64,000 bases of DNA. Source: Candidatus Binatia bacterium. GTDB taxonomy: Bacteria; Desulfobacterota; Binatia; Bin18. Within the stretch, counting starts at the first letter, position 1, and each line of letters begins with the position of its first letter. This document shows, piece after piece, positions 19,290 to 28,434 of this stretch. The translations under genes and the position numbers were made by a program. The stretch is taken from assembly GCA_963666315.2 (NCBI GenBank), contig CAXXHG010000003.1, positions 1-64,000 of the forward strand, read 5' to 3'. Below the pieces are notes generated by a model that saw only the letters and a list, made by a program, of their open reading frames with translations, did not search any database and was not told the DNA's origin.

Positions 19290-19486
19290 TGGTTCAGCTT
19301 CTCTACAGCTTGTTTCACTTGCTTTTCTTGATCGGGTTTCGCATCCTCACCGGATTTTCCGCTCAGAGTCACCGCGCCCGCATAATTGATGTGAGTAAAT
19401 TTGCGATGTGAACCTCTACCACCTGGTACTTCGTAAAATCCAACCTCTTTCAGATCTTGGATAAGTTCTCTTATTTTCTTGGGCAT
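19286..19486 (-). CDS. hicA: HicA-family toxin
   Basis: KKIRELIQDL..GF, GRGSHRKFTH. Confidence 0.88.
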   Translation of the reverse strand: MPKKIRELIQDLKEVGFYEVPGGRGSHRKFTHINYAGAVTLSGKSGEDAKPDQEKQVKQAVEKLNQ

Positions 19487-19513
19487 TGTACAGTTTCAGT
19501 CCGGCCTGCGCAT

Positions 19514-20365
19514 TTATAGCCGGCAGTTGTGGATCCGCGTTTCCAGAATCGCCGTCGCACCGATTGCTTCCAGCCGGTCCATCACGTCAATGAGTTCCTT
19601 GCGTTTGACCATCACCTGCACCGAGCACCAGTCTTGGTCTTCCAGCGTATTGATCGTCGGCGAGTTGAAGCCCGGGGTAATCTTCTGGGCGTCGGCCAAC
19701 TTGTCTCGGGGCACATTGTATTCCAGCAATGACCAGCCGCGCGCGATGACCACGCCTTCCAAGCGGCGCACGATGCGATCGGCAACCTCGGCTTGGCGCG
19801 CCGCGCGGTTCTGTACCAGCACCGTTTCGTACTGGCCGATGTCAGTGAGAATACGCAAGCGATTCGCCGCCAGCGTGCTGCCCGTTTGCACCAAATCGAC
19901 GATCCCTTCCGCCACTCCCAGTGAAATCATAATCTCGACAGAGCCGGACAACGGGACCAAATGGACGTTCGCCCCAAACTGTTGAAAAAACCGTTCGGTC
20001 ACATGCGTGAAACTGGTCGCCACGCGGCGGCCGGCTAAATCAGCAGGCGTTTGAAACGCCGAGTCTTCCGGCACGCACACGGACAGGCGACACTTGCCGA
20101 AGCCTAACGCCAGCCGCGTAGTCAGATCGACTCCGGCCTCTTCAACCAAGTCGCCGCCTGTGATCCCCATATCGATCGCCCCTTCGGCACACAGCACTGG
20201 GATGTCTTCGGTGCGCAGGAAGGTTATGTCGACCGGCAATTCGCTGACACGGGCAAACAGACTGCGCTCTTGGCGACGAAAGCTCAGACCCGCTTGCGTC
20301 AACAACGCAGCGGCATCCTCGGCCAGCCGCCCCTTAGTCGGCAATCCCACCCGCAGGTTACTCAT
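19514..20365 (-). CDS. hisG: ATP phosphoribosyltransferase, long form
   Basis: LPTKGRL, LRTEDIP, GITGGD, GSVEI, IVDLVQTGSTL; C-terminal regulatory domain (PGFNSPTI...GATAILET). Confidence 0.96.
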   Translation of the reverse strand: MSNLRVGLPTKGRLAEDAAALLTQAGLSFRRQERSLFARVSELPVDITFLRTEDIPVLCAEGAIDMGITGGDLVEEAGVDLTTRLALGFGKCRLSVCVPEDSAFQTPADLAGRRVATSFTHVTERFFQQFGANVHLVPLSGSVEIMISLGVAEGIVDLVQTGSTLAANRLRILTDIGQYETVLVQNRAARQAEVADRIVRRLEGVVIARGWSLLEYNVPRDKLADAQKITPGFNSPTINTLEDQDWCSVQVMVKRKELIDVMDRLEAIGATAILETRIHNCRL

Positions 20366-20708
20366 CCGACTCCCCTCTGCGGTTGCGCGCCGCTTTCTCA
20401 TCCAAGCCCGAGACGCCGAACCGCCCTCGCAGTTCCGCTTCGAGCTGCTCCAGGGGAATGTCACAATGTCCTAGCAAGACGAATAAGTGATAGATCAGAT
20501 CGGCCGCTTCATGCAACACGTGTTGTTGCCGTGTATCAGCCGGCTCGGCACCGGCTTCGACGACTTCGTTGGCTTCCTCGATGATTTTGTCGCCGATCTT
20601 GGCAACGCCGCCTTGAAACAGGCTCGTCGTGTAGGAGCGCGCAGGCGGATTCGCCTTGCGGTCTACGATCACGGCCATCAACTGCGCAAACACGCTGGAA
20701 TTGGACAT
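20358..20708 (-). CDS. hisE: phosphoribosyl-ATP pyrophosphatase
   Basis: SYTTSLFQGG, KIIEEANEV, EAADLIYHLFVLL, RFGVSGLDEKAAR. Confidence 0.95.
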   Translation of the reverse strand: MSNSSVFAQLMAVIVDRKANPPARSYTTSLFQGGVAKIGDKIIEEANEVVEAGAEPADTRQQHVLHEAADLIYHLFVLLGHCDIPLEQLEAELRGRFGVSGLDEKAARNRRGESDE

Positions 20709-20817
20709 CGCTACATCTTCATCTTCCACTTTGTAATAGCCTCCCCACCAATCGCAGCAGAGCTATTCCACGAATTCAACAACGTGGCCTTGCCTCCTCC
20801 GGCGTAGATCGTGGGTC

Positions 20818-21321
20818 TCAACACTTAGGCGGGAACGGCCCGGAAAAACCTGCGCTGAGATGCCGCTCCGGCCACAGGAACTGCAAGCTGATACGCTTGA
20901 TGAGCCATGAGCCGTCGACTTTCTCATAGCTTTCATCGTACAGCCCTAACCACTCGATAGGGTCGGCTGCGGGATCGGTGTGCGTGAGAGCATCGATGAG
21001 GTATGAACGTCCTACAGCGGTGGTCGGGCTGGTCAGTTCGACCCAATGATTCCCTGTGGCGTGCATTGAGCCGAACTTCATTTTTATCTCATCATCAAAC
21101 ACCTGCTGGTAGTTCGCTCTTATCGTTTCTCTGCCATGCCATTCCCCGTAAGGGCCGAACTCACAGCAAGCATCCTGGGTGAATATTGCCGCTAACGCGT
21201 TGATTTCCCCGCCGTCCAGGAGTTGGGAATAGAGCAGCATCACCTTCCGTATTTCCTCGATTTCCAACAGCTCCCGCAGTTTCTTGACCTCTGCGCTAGT
21301 GAACGGCATTTCATCTGTCAT
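20818..21321 (-). CDS. NTF2/SnoaL-like (LinA/BaiE-type) protein
   Basis: EEIRKVMLLYSQLLD, FTQDA, SMHATGNH, YDESYEKVDGSWLI. Confidence 0.85.
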   Translation of the reverse strand: MTDEMPFTSAEVKKLRELLEIEEIRKVMLLYSQLLDGGEINALAAIFTQDACCEFGPYGEWHGRETIRANYQQVFDDEIKMKFGSMHATGNHWVELTSPTTAVGRSYLIDALTHTDPAADPIEWLGLYDESYEKVDGSWLIKRISLQFLWPERHLSAGFSGPFPPKC

Positions 21322-21401
21322 TTTGTCCCCCTCTATGCTCACCAGGTCACCCGAACGCATCTTTCCCTACATGGGGGGTGATCCGAAGCGTAACCCATCA
21401 G

Positions 21402-21430
21402 AAAAAAAAGGGGGCTCATCCGGCCCCCCT
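21402..21430 (-). terminator. Rho-independent terminator
   Basis: Minus strand AGGGGGGC-CGGATGA-GCCCCC followed by T8, downstream of the DDN-family gene. Confidence 0.7.
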
Positions 21431-21455
21431 ACTGCACTGAAGTGATATCCCCCGA

Positions 21456-21917
21456 CTAATCGTTCACCGGCTCCAATATCACGACCGGAATCTCTCGGTC
21501 GGTTTTCGCCTGATACTCATTGTACGGAGGATAAATCGCCTGCATCTTTTTCCACAAGGGTGCGCGCTCGTCCCCAGTTGCCGTCCGCGCTTTGGCTTGA
21601 AAATGTTGGGCTACCACCTGAACCTCAACCTCGGGTTGAGCGGCCAGATTGAAATACCAGCCAGGATGTTTTGGCGCACCACCCTTAGAGGCAACCACAA
21701 CATAGCCTCCGTCAGACTCGCCATAGATCAAAGGCATGACTATCGACTTGCCCGAACGGCGACCCGCAGTCGTTAACAGCAACGTCGGTACGAGACCCGG
21801 CCCGCCGACGGGCGCGGAGTCCCACATATGCCCATCTGCGCCATCACTCTCTATATAGCGGCGCCGATGGTCTGCAATCCACTCCAGCAGGCTATCCGGA
21901 ATATTGGCGTCACTCAT
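21456..21917 (-). CDS. deazaflavin (F420)-dependent nitroreductase family protein (DDN-like)
   Basis: LLLTTAGRRSG, VVVASKGGAPKHPGWYFNL, YQAKTDREIPVVIL. Confidence 0.93.
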   Translation of the reverse strand: MSDANIPDSLLEWIADHRRRYIESDGADGHMWDSAPVGGPGLVPTLLLTTAGRRSGKSIVMPLIYGESDGGYVVVASKGGAPKHPGWYFNLAAQPEVEVQVVAQHFQAKARTATGDERAPLWKKMQAIYPPYNEYQAKTDREIPVVILEPVND

Positions 21918-21986
21918 ACTCTCCTCCTCGCAAGTTGTCGCGGAAAATCTCTGAGCGCGCGGCGACCGGCGAAAAACTTCGCAGTC

Positions 21987-23078
21987 TTATGCGGCCTTCT
22001 TCTTTATGTCACCTGCCGACCAACGACGGAGTTCCGGCATGACCTTTTCCGCATACAGCGTGACACTGTTCTTCACTTGTTCAAACGACATACCTGAAAA
22101 ACTAAACGTCATGCACGGTTGGAAATCTCCGACTATCGCGTGGCGCTCTTCGTATTTTTCCAGGATCTGCTTTGGCGTACCCCATATATTGCTTTCCACA
22201 AAAGCCTTGACCATCGCGTCCATGCCAACCTGCTTCAAGGCTTCCCCAGCCCCGCTGTAGTTGGTATAGCTCTTCGTGGTGTTTAGGTGCTCGCCAAAGA
22301 TTTCGTAATGTTCTGCAAAGCTACTGAAGTATTTGCCAACGTAGTCATACGCGTACTCGTAGGCGCGGTCCTCACTTTCATCACACAAGCCAAGATCCAC
22401 GATCATAATGGGAGGTGCCACTGTATTGTGATATTCCATATAGAGTGTGCGATACCGCTCAATGGTCGGTAGCATCTCCGGCCACGGCTTGTAGGCGAAC
22501 AGGCCTTGGATCGACTTTGTTTCGGCACACACCGGAACTGTATCAGGTGACATAGCCACCATATAGCGTCGGCCGTCAAACGACTTGAGCGGTCCCGGCC
22601 GGATCGCCGTCTTGGGCTGCTTGTAGTACTTGCCGTCTCCTTCCATATAGCCCTGCTCCATGGCGGTACAGACTAAACGGGCGGATTCGTCAAAACGTTC
22701 GCGCGACTCCTCCATGTCCTGCCGGAACCCAAGGTATTCCCGCTTGGCAAGTCCTCTGGCCATGCCGAACACTGCACGTCCCTCAGACAGGTGATCCAAG
22801 AGCAGCGCCTTTTCAGCAACGCGAATCGGATCATGCCAGGGTAGGATGACGCCCATGGTGCCGAGTTTGATGCGCTTGGTAATCCCGGCCATATAACTCA
22901 AGAACTGCAGGTTATCCGGCGCCATCGAATAGCTATTAAAATGGTGTTCCACGGAAAAGAGGATGTCAAAACCGAGCGGCTCTGCCAGCTTGTTGATAGC
23001 GAGTTCCTTTTTGTAGAACTCCTCGTCGGTCATTTGGCCCTGATAGTTATTCCAAAAAGATAAGAAACTAATATTCAC
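21987..23078 (-). CDS. LLM-class luciferase-like monooxygenase
   Basis: AEPLGFD..SVEHHF, LPWHDPIRVAE, LDHLSEGR, YAEKVMPEL. Confidence 0.92.
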   Translation of the reverse strand: MNISFLSFWNNYQGQMTDEEFYKKELAINKLAEPLGFDILFSVEHHFNSYSMAPDNLQFLSYMAGITKRIKLGTMGVILPWHDPIRVAEKALLLDHLSEGRAVFGMARGLAKREYLGFRQDMEESRERFDESARLVCTAMEQGYMEGDGKYYKQPKTAIRPGPLKSFDGRRYMVAMSPDTVPVCAETKSIQGLFAYKPWPEMLPTIERYRTLYMEYHNTVAPPIMIVDLGLCDESEDRAYEYAYDYVGKYFSSFAEHYEIFGEHLNTTKSYTNYSGAGEALKQVGMDAMVKAFVESNIWGTPKQILEKYEERHAIVGDFQPCMTFSFSGMSFEQVKNSVTLYAEKVMPELRRWSAGDIKKKAA

Positions 23079-23463
23079 GCTATCCCTCCTATAACGAACA
23101 TCTCGCTGCGTTCCGACATATTGGCGCGCAACGGCCCCAATACTGCTTGATAAGTCTCACAGCGTCAACGACAAATGCGTTCCGATTTCATAATGCATTC
23201 TCAGGAGTTTAGTCAACAACGATTTGACCCCATATCTCCGCTTTGACCGTCCTCAGGGTCTGCTACATAGCTTGCGTTTTGTACTTTCCTTACCTCTACC
23301 TACGAGCCGCCGTGCCACCTCATAGATGCGGGAGAATGCCGAGCGTAGATCTTCTTCCATATCCGGCCGTCTGGCGTGGTCTTTTTCCATCCGGTATCCC
23401 CAGCGTCACAATCGATTAAAGCGCGGCATCACCTTGGCTGAATGGGTTTTCCTCTAGCGCGTC

Positions 23464-24312
23464 CTAAACCGGCACTGTGCCCTTGAGCAGAATGCGCTGA
23501 TGCAGGCGGCGTTGGCCGGGTGGAAAATCCATATTGACCGAATGGATCATGCTGCGATTATCCCACAGCAGCACGTCACCAATCTGCCAGGAATGCTGAT
23601 ACTGGTATTTCGTGTGCGTCATATGGGCGTAAAGCTGATCGAGTAAAGCATCGCTCTTGGCGCGGTCCATATCCACAATCCGGTCGGTACGATTGGAATT
23701 AAAGTAGATCGCTTTTTTGCCAGTATCATCGTGGGTGCGAATAAGCGGATGAATGACATCCGGCGTTTCCGCCTTTTCTTCCTTGGTTCGCTTGATAGCC
23801 CGAGCCGGGGCACGCGGCGTGTCATAGCTGTGAACGGCCCGGAGTCCGTCGAGGCGAACTTTCATTTCTTCGGATAGATCCTCGTACGCGGCTCGCAGGT
23901 TACAGAAGCGGGTTTCACCACCATATTCCGGGATCTCCAATGCTTGCAGGAGAGTGGCCTTGGCCGGAACCGCAAAATAGGAATCGTCCGTATGCCAGCC
24001 CGACCGCCGGTCCAGGCGTAAGTCCGCCTTCTTGTCTTCCGGCTTCTTATACGTGCTCTCCAGGATCGATACTTCCGGGACTTCCTCGTTGCGATACTTG
24101 CGCAGCAGCTGGAGTTGCGGCTCACCGAAATAGTACGCCACCTGAGCAAATGCTTGGGGAGTGAGGGGTTCAGTCCGCAGACACAGCAGGTGACATGTCA
24201 AAAATGCCGCGTTGATTGCCGAAACGGTGTCTTCGTTTACCGGCTGTGTCCAGTCAATGCCCGAGACCTGTGCGCCAAGCGCATCACTTAATGGAGCAAT
24301 CTGAAGCGTCAT
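23464..24312 (-). CDS. TauD/TfdA-family Fe(II)/2-oxoglutarate dioxygenase
   Basis: WHTD, GGETRF, HPLIRTH, WDNRSMIH. Confidence 0.93.
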   Translation of the reverse strand: MTLQIAPLSDALGAQVSGIDWTQPVNEDTVSAINAAFLTCHLLCLRTEPLTPQAFAQVAYYFGEPQLQLLRKYRNEEVPEVSILESTYKKPEDKKADLRLDRRSGWHTDDSYFAVPAKATLLQALEIPEYGGETRFCNLRAAYEDLSEEMKVRLDGLRAVHSYDTPRAPARAIKRTKEEKAETPDVIHPLIRTHDDTGKKAIYFNSNRTDRIVDMDRAKSDALLDQLYAHMTHTKYQYQHSWQIGDVLLWDNRSMIHSVNMDFPPGQRRLHQRILLKGTVPV

Positions 24313-24425
24313 ACGAAACCCTCCCAACACGCCAATCAATCATCGCCGTGTTTCTCTTTATGCCAGGGACGTGAGAGAAAAATCAACCAGCCAGATTGCA
24401 TGCGCCGCACTAAAAGTGGGCCGCA

Positions 24426-25190
24426 TTAGAAATGCGCAAGATACCCACCGTCAACGGCAATTACTTGTCCCGTCACATAGGACGCCGCCGGGGACGCTAA
24501 GAAAACTGCCGCCCCAGCGATTTCGGACGGATCGCCCCAGCGTCCAAGGGAAGTCCGACGCTTGAGCATAGTGGCGATCTTTTGATCCGCAACCAGCGGC
24601 AGGTTTGTTTCTGTTGCAAAGAAACCAGGCGCTATCGCATTGACCGTGATCGCCGATGGACCCAGTTCCGCAGCCAACGCCCGTGTGAGCGCTTCGAGCC
24701 CGCCCTTTGCCGCCGTGTATGCAGCATCACCCACGTTCGCAATCGGACCGGCGATAGACGTCATATTAATAATGCGTCCGCCTCCACCCTTAATCATCAA
24801 CCGAGCCGCTTCTCGGCTGACATTGAAGGGAGCAATCAGATTCACATCGACGAGTTGCCGGACGGCATCAAGCTCGAATTCAAAAAGCTTACGGCGATTA
24901 CGCATCCCGACGTTATTGACCAGAATATCGAGCCGGCCATATGTGTCGCGGATCTGGTTGAAGGCAGCAGAAACAGCCGCCTCGTCTGCAATATCGCAAA
25001 CCAGTGGATGGGCCGATCCACCAGTTGCAGTAATCTCGGAAACCGCTTGTTCCAAGTTTTTCCGACTGCGGCCGTTGACCAGAACGCGTGCGCCGAACCG
25101 CCCGAACTCTTTCCCGATTTCCAAGCCGAGCCCACGCCCGCCGCCGGTAATCAGCGCGATCTTTCCTTCAAGTGAGAATTCTGCCGGCAT
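24426..25190 (-). CDS. short-chain dehydrogenase/reductase (gluconate 5-dehydrogenase-like)
   Basis: TGGGRGLG, NNVG, YTAAK, NAIAPGFFAT. Confidence 0.92.
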   Translation of the reverse strand: MPAEFSLEGKIALITGGGRGLGLEIGKEFGRFGARVLVNGRSRKNLEQAVSEITATGGSAHPLVCDIADEAAVSAAFNQIRDTYGRLDILVNNVGMRNRRKLFEFELDAVRQLVDVNLIAPFNVSREAARLMIKGGGGRIINMTSIAGPIANVGDAAYTAAKGGLEALTRALAAELGPSAITVNAIAPGFFATETNLPLVADQKIATMLKRRTSLGRWGDPSEIAGAAVFLASPAASYVTGQVIAVDGGYLAHF

Positions 25191-25229
25191 TACAACTTTT
25201 TTACTATTGGCTGATCTCGCGCATCATAG

Positions 25230-26501
25230 CTATACTGATGCGGCCTCTGCTAGCGCTTGTTTGAGTAGATGCTGCAAAGGCCGTTTGACTTTGGCTGGTG
25301 TCACCAACTTGCACTCGATCGTCTCACACTGATTCGTCCGGGCGAATGCAGACAGAGTCTTCGCGAAGAAGGGTAGGAGTTTGTCAAACTGTCTGAAGCC
25401 TATCTCGAAAACCAAATTGTTTATGCTAAGGGCTTTTCTTTTCCGATCCGCCTTGGGGTCCAGTCTTCCCACCAGGCTGTTGCCCCATAATATCGGTGTA
25501 ACAAAATAGCCATACTTTCTTTTGGCAGCGGGCACGTAGCACTCAAGCGAGTAGTCAAACCCAAATAATTCTTTGACTCTGTCGCGTAGGATAATGAGAT
25601 TGTCAAAAGGAGACAGCAAACAGACACCTGGCACCGTCTGCTTGAGTCTGACCGTTTTCTTGATTGTTTCCGCTAAAGCGTAGTACGTATTCAGACCAGC
25701 CTCTCCAACATCTACGCTGACGATTTCACCCGCATCGATAAGATCGGCGAGCGCTTGAAAGAGTACGGCTTTGCCGGTTGCGGGAAGATGCGCATACACA
25801 TCTTTTTCCGTTGCCACCCCATAGGCGGAAAGCGCACGACGTACAAAAAATCGTCCCAGCTCGTCCTTGTCCGGCGTACGCGTGTCTATGCCTTCAGGTA
25901 AGACACGTTTTGCCAGGTCATAGATTCTGTGGAAATTTCGACGTTCGGTAATCATCAGAGCGCCCTGCCAGAAGAGGAGTTCCAACACAACCTTAGAGGG
26001 CTTCCAGTCCCACCACCCGCTACGTTTTGCTCTCGGTGGTAGAGCGAAGTCCTGAGAACTCAGCGGCCCTTCCTGACGAATGCGCTCAAGAACGGTCGGC
26101 ATCAAATGGCCATGCGCCTCCAAACGCTCGCGGACCCATTTATCTTTGAGATTTTGGGCATTTCGAAAGCTGCGCATACGTGGCAGATAGTAACGATAGT
26201 CCGTCATCGGCAAATAGGACGCTGCATGTCCCCAATATTCAAATATACGCCGATCTTTTGCTTGGAGTTCGTGCAGCATGTGTGGGCTGTAATCCGGTCG
26301 GCGTGTTCGCAACGTGTGATGGTGCGCGCGTTCGATCACCGCAATGGTATCAATTTGCACATAGCCCAATTTTTCAATCGTGCGTGCTATGCCCTCTTTG
26401 CCTTTGGGCAGCCGTGCCCGCCCATCGAGCAGTTGCGCGCGTACGGCCATGCTGCGCGCGTGTTCGAGAGAAATTTTTATTGGCTTCATGAGTGAACTCA
26501 C
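25230..26501 (-). CDS. YcaQ/AlkZ-family (HTH_42) crosslink-repair DNA glycosylase
   Basis: YVQIDTI (QxD, YcaQ type), FEYWGHAAS, WWDWKP, LLSPFDNL, LECYVP..KRKYGY. Confidence 0.9.
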   Translation of the reverse strand: MSSLMKPIKISLEHARSMAVRAQLLDGRARLPKGKEGIARTIEKLGYVQIDTIAVIERAHHHTLRTRRPDYSPHMLHELQAKDRRIFEYWGHAASYLPMTDYRYYLPRMRSFRNAQNLKDKWVRERLEAHGHLMPTVLERIRQEGPLSSQDFALPPRAKRSGWWDWKPSKVVLELLFWQGALMITERRNFHRIYDLAKRVLPEGIDTRTPDKDELGRFFVRRALSAYGVATEKDVYAHLPATGKAVLFQALADLIDAGEIVSVDVGEAGLNTYYALAETIKKTVRLKQTVPGVCLLSPFDNLIILRDRVKELFGFDYSLECYVPAAKRKYGYFVTPILWGNSLVGRLDPKADRKRKALSINNLVFEIGFRQFDKLLPFFAKTLSAFARTNQCETIECKLVTPAKVKRPLQHLLKQALAEAASV

Positions 26502-26537
26502 GGATCAAGCGAGACCTCTAGCAGGCTCAAAGCAGGG

Positions 26538-27224
26538 TTAGTGAGCCTGAAAACTATAGATGATCGCATTCCCCGACTTCCCGACTACCAATGCCTCGCC
26601 GGACTTTCGCAAGCAATAGGCGGCTTGCTGAGCGAGCCGTCGAGACCACCCTTGCGTTGTTACGAGGTCTATTGTTTGAAATTGTTGGGGAAGCGTATGG
26701 GGAATGAGACGGAGTAGGTCTCGGGGTTCCCGCAATACCAGGCTACCCACGATCTCCAGCAGGCGCCGTTCAACAACGACCCAACCGCGCCGCCGCCGGC
26801 CACGTCGTCCATCGAAGGTATGAATTTCTTCTTCTCTCGTTGAGACCACTTCCAACTCAAATTGCGGGTGCGCAAGCAGCTCAGGGATGCTCACCAATTT
26901 TTCGAATATGCCCTCACAGCCATTATACTTTGGGGACCTCCGACGGGTCACTGCTTGGGACGACCTAGTCGGCAGCTTGACGATCCAGCGTTCACACGCC
27001 ACCGGGCAGATAAGTGTCAGCGCGTGATCTTTCAGCAGAAGGCGCAGTTTGCGCTTGAGAGAGGAAAAGCCGCCGGTATGAATTTCGAAGATATGACCGT
27101 CACGCAGGACATCGACAACATAGCCGTGTACGGTTGCTTCGACAGCATCACCCGGTCTGGCATAGTGCTGCTTGAGCGCAGCATGCAACGGTCCCTCGTT
27201 CAGTGTGCCAATTTCACTCCTCAA
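26538..27224 (-). CDS. hypothetical protein, possible PD-(D/E)xK nuclease fold
   Basis: IGTLNEGPLHAALKQHY, E..V.GYVVDV...FEIHT pattern; fold assignment is inference. Confidence 0.65.
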   Translation of the reverse strand: MRSEIGTLNEGPLHAALKQHYARPGDAVEATVHGYVVDVLRDGHIFEIHTGGFSSLKRKLRLLLKDHALTLICPVACERWIVKLPTRSSQAVTRRRSPKYNGCEGIFEKLVSIPELLAHPQFELEVVSTREEEIHTFDGRRGRRRRGWVVVERRLLEIVGSLVLREPRDLLRLIPHTLPQQFQTIDLVTTQGWSRRLAQQAAYCLRKSGEALVVGKSGNAIIYSFQAH

Positions 27225-27289
27225 CAGCCCCGTCCTCTTACCCTTTTACTCTGAACAGCATACACGGGGATGAAGCGTATGTCCCGTCA

Positions 27290-27409
27290 GCCTACAAACG
27301 ATCCAGCGACCGCTCTCGTCCCCCAGACATAGCCTTGTTTTGCGGCCAGCAGGGCAGTTGCCACTCCGATACCACGACCATCGCCCGTAATCAGCATGAC
27401 CTTTTTCAT
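27290..27409 (-). pseudogene. N-terminal remnant of an SDR
   Basis: MKKVMLITGDGRGIGVATALLAAKQGY, then homology is lost; start overlaps the stop of the ThuA gene. Confidence 0.6.
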
Positions 27410-28242
27410 CCGGCCCTCTGCTCACAGCCCCATTCGATTCCATTGCGCAGCAACTGCTCAAACGCAGAGGTTTCCCACGCACCGCGAAAGAGCTGAGGAG
27501 TGGTCCCGGAATCATCCACACTCGCATCCACAAACGGCTGCACATTGCTTGCTGGAGAATGACAGTGCCCGAGTGCGATATAGGTCACACTGCCCTTGCC
27601 GAGTTCCCGCGTATAGCCGAGCACCCGAGTTTTGCCGTCCGGCTGGAGTGCGGTGTCTGTGTCATACACAAAGCCGAACCCTGGAGGCGAAGGGTCCTTG
27701 GCCAGTTCGGTGGTCAGAAAGACCTGCGATGCCGCAGGATCTTGAAGCTCAATCAAATACAGTTCGTCCATCACCTCAAACGAAGCGGGTAGGTTTTTGG
27801 TCAGGACATGCCCCGGGCTCGTTACATCGACTTGGAACTTCCGGAGTGGTGGGTGGTTCAGGAAAAAGCCGCCCAAGGTGCTGTGGTGGTCGGCCTTGAC
27901 CATCTTGCGGACGGTGCGATCATTCCCTACGGGAGTCGCCTTCCCTCCACTTGTTCCGTGCAAGCCAAGCCAGCGTCCCCCGTCTTCAAGCCACCGTCTG
28001 AGGAATCGATTCTGTTCTGCGTTTGGAAACGGACCGGCGACATAGGTAATGAACAGCTGACTACCGGGCAGCCATTTTTCAATGTCTGTAAAGTCATTGC
28101 TTACGGTCGTAGACACGTTGGTGTTCTCTTGAAGCAGCTGGAGAATTCTGAGACGAGCGTAATCCATATCGTGCCCAGCTGGAGAACCAACCGGAAATCC
28201 ACCAGCGATAAGATGTACGCGAACGGGTTGGAGTCTCGTCAT
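27406..28242 (-). CDS. ThuA-like (trehalose utilisation / class I GATase-like) domain protein
   Basis: GGRWLGLHG, FLNHPP, MDELY, YIALGH; AGGAG RBS before MTRLQ. Confidence 0.85.
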   Translation of the reverse strand: MTRLQPVRVHLIAGGFPVGSPAGHDMDYARLRILQLLQENTNVSTTVSNDFTDIEKWLPGSQLFITYVAGPFPNAEQNRFLRRWLEDGGRWLGLHGTSGGKATPVGNDRTVRKMVKADHHSTLGGFFLNHPPLRKFQVDVTSPGHVLTKNLPASFEVMDELYLIELQDPAASQVFLTTELAKDPSPPGFGFVYDTDTALQPDGKTRVLGYTRELGKGSVTYIALGHCHSPASNVQPFVDASVDDSGTTPQLFRGAWETSAFEQLLRNGIEWGCEQRAG

Positions 28243-28434
28243 TGGAATGTCTCCTTTTTTCTCTACGCTGCCAGCCATGCATAGCAAGACAGGCTCTCTT
28301 CTACAGTAACTTCAAACAGCAAGCCATATAACCTGGGTGGCACGAGCGTCGCCCCTCTTTTGACAGTCACGAAAAACACATACTATTTACGATTCTGTAC
28401 GCAGCGTATCACGAGCTCATTGCAGAGGAGCAGC

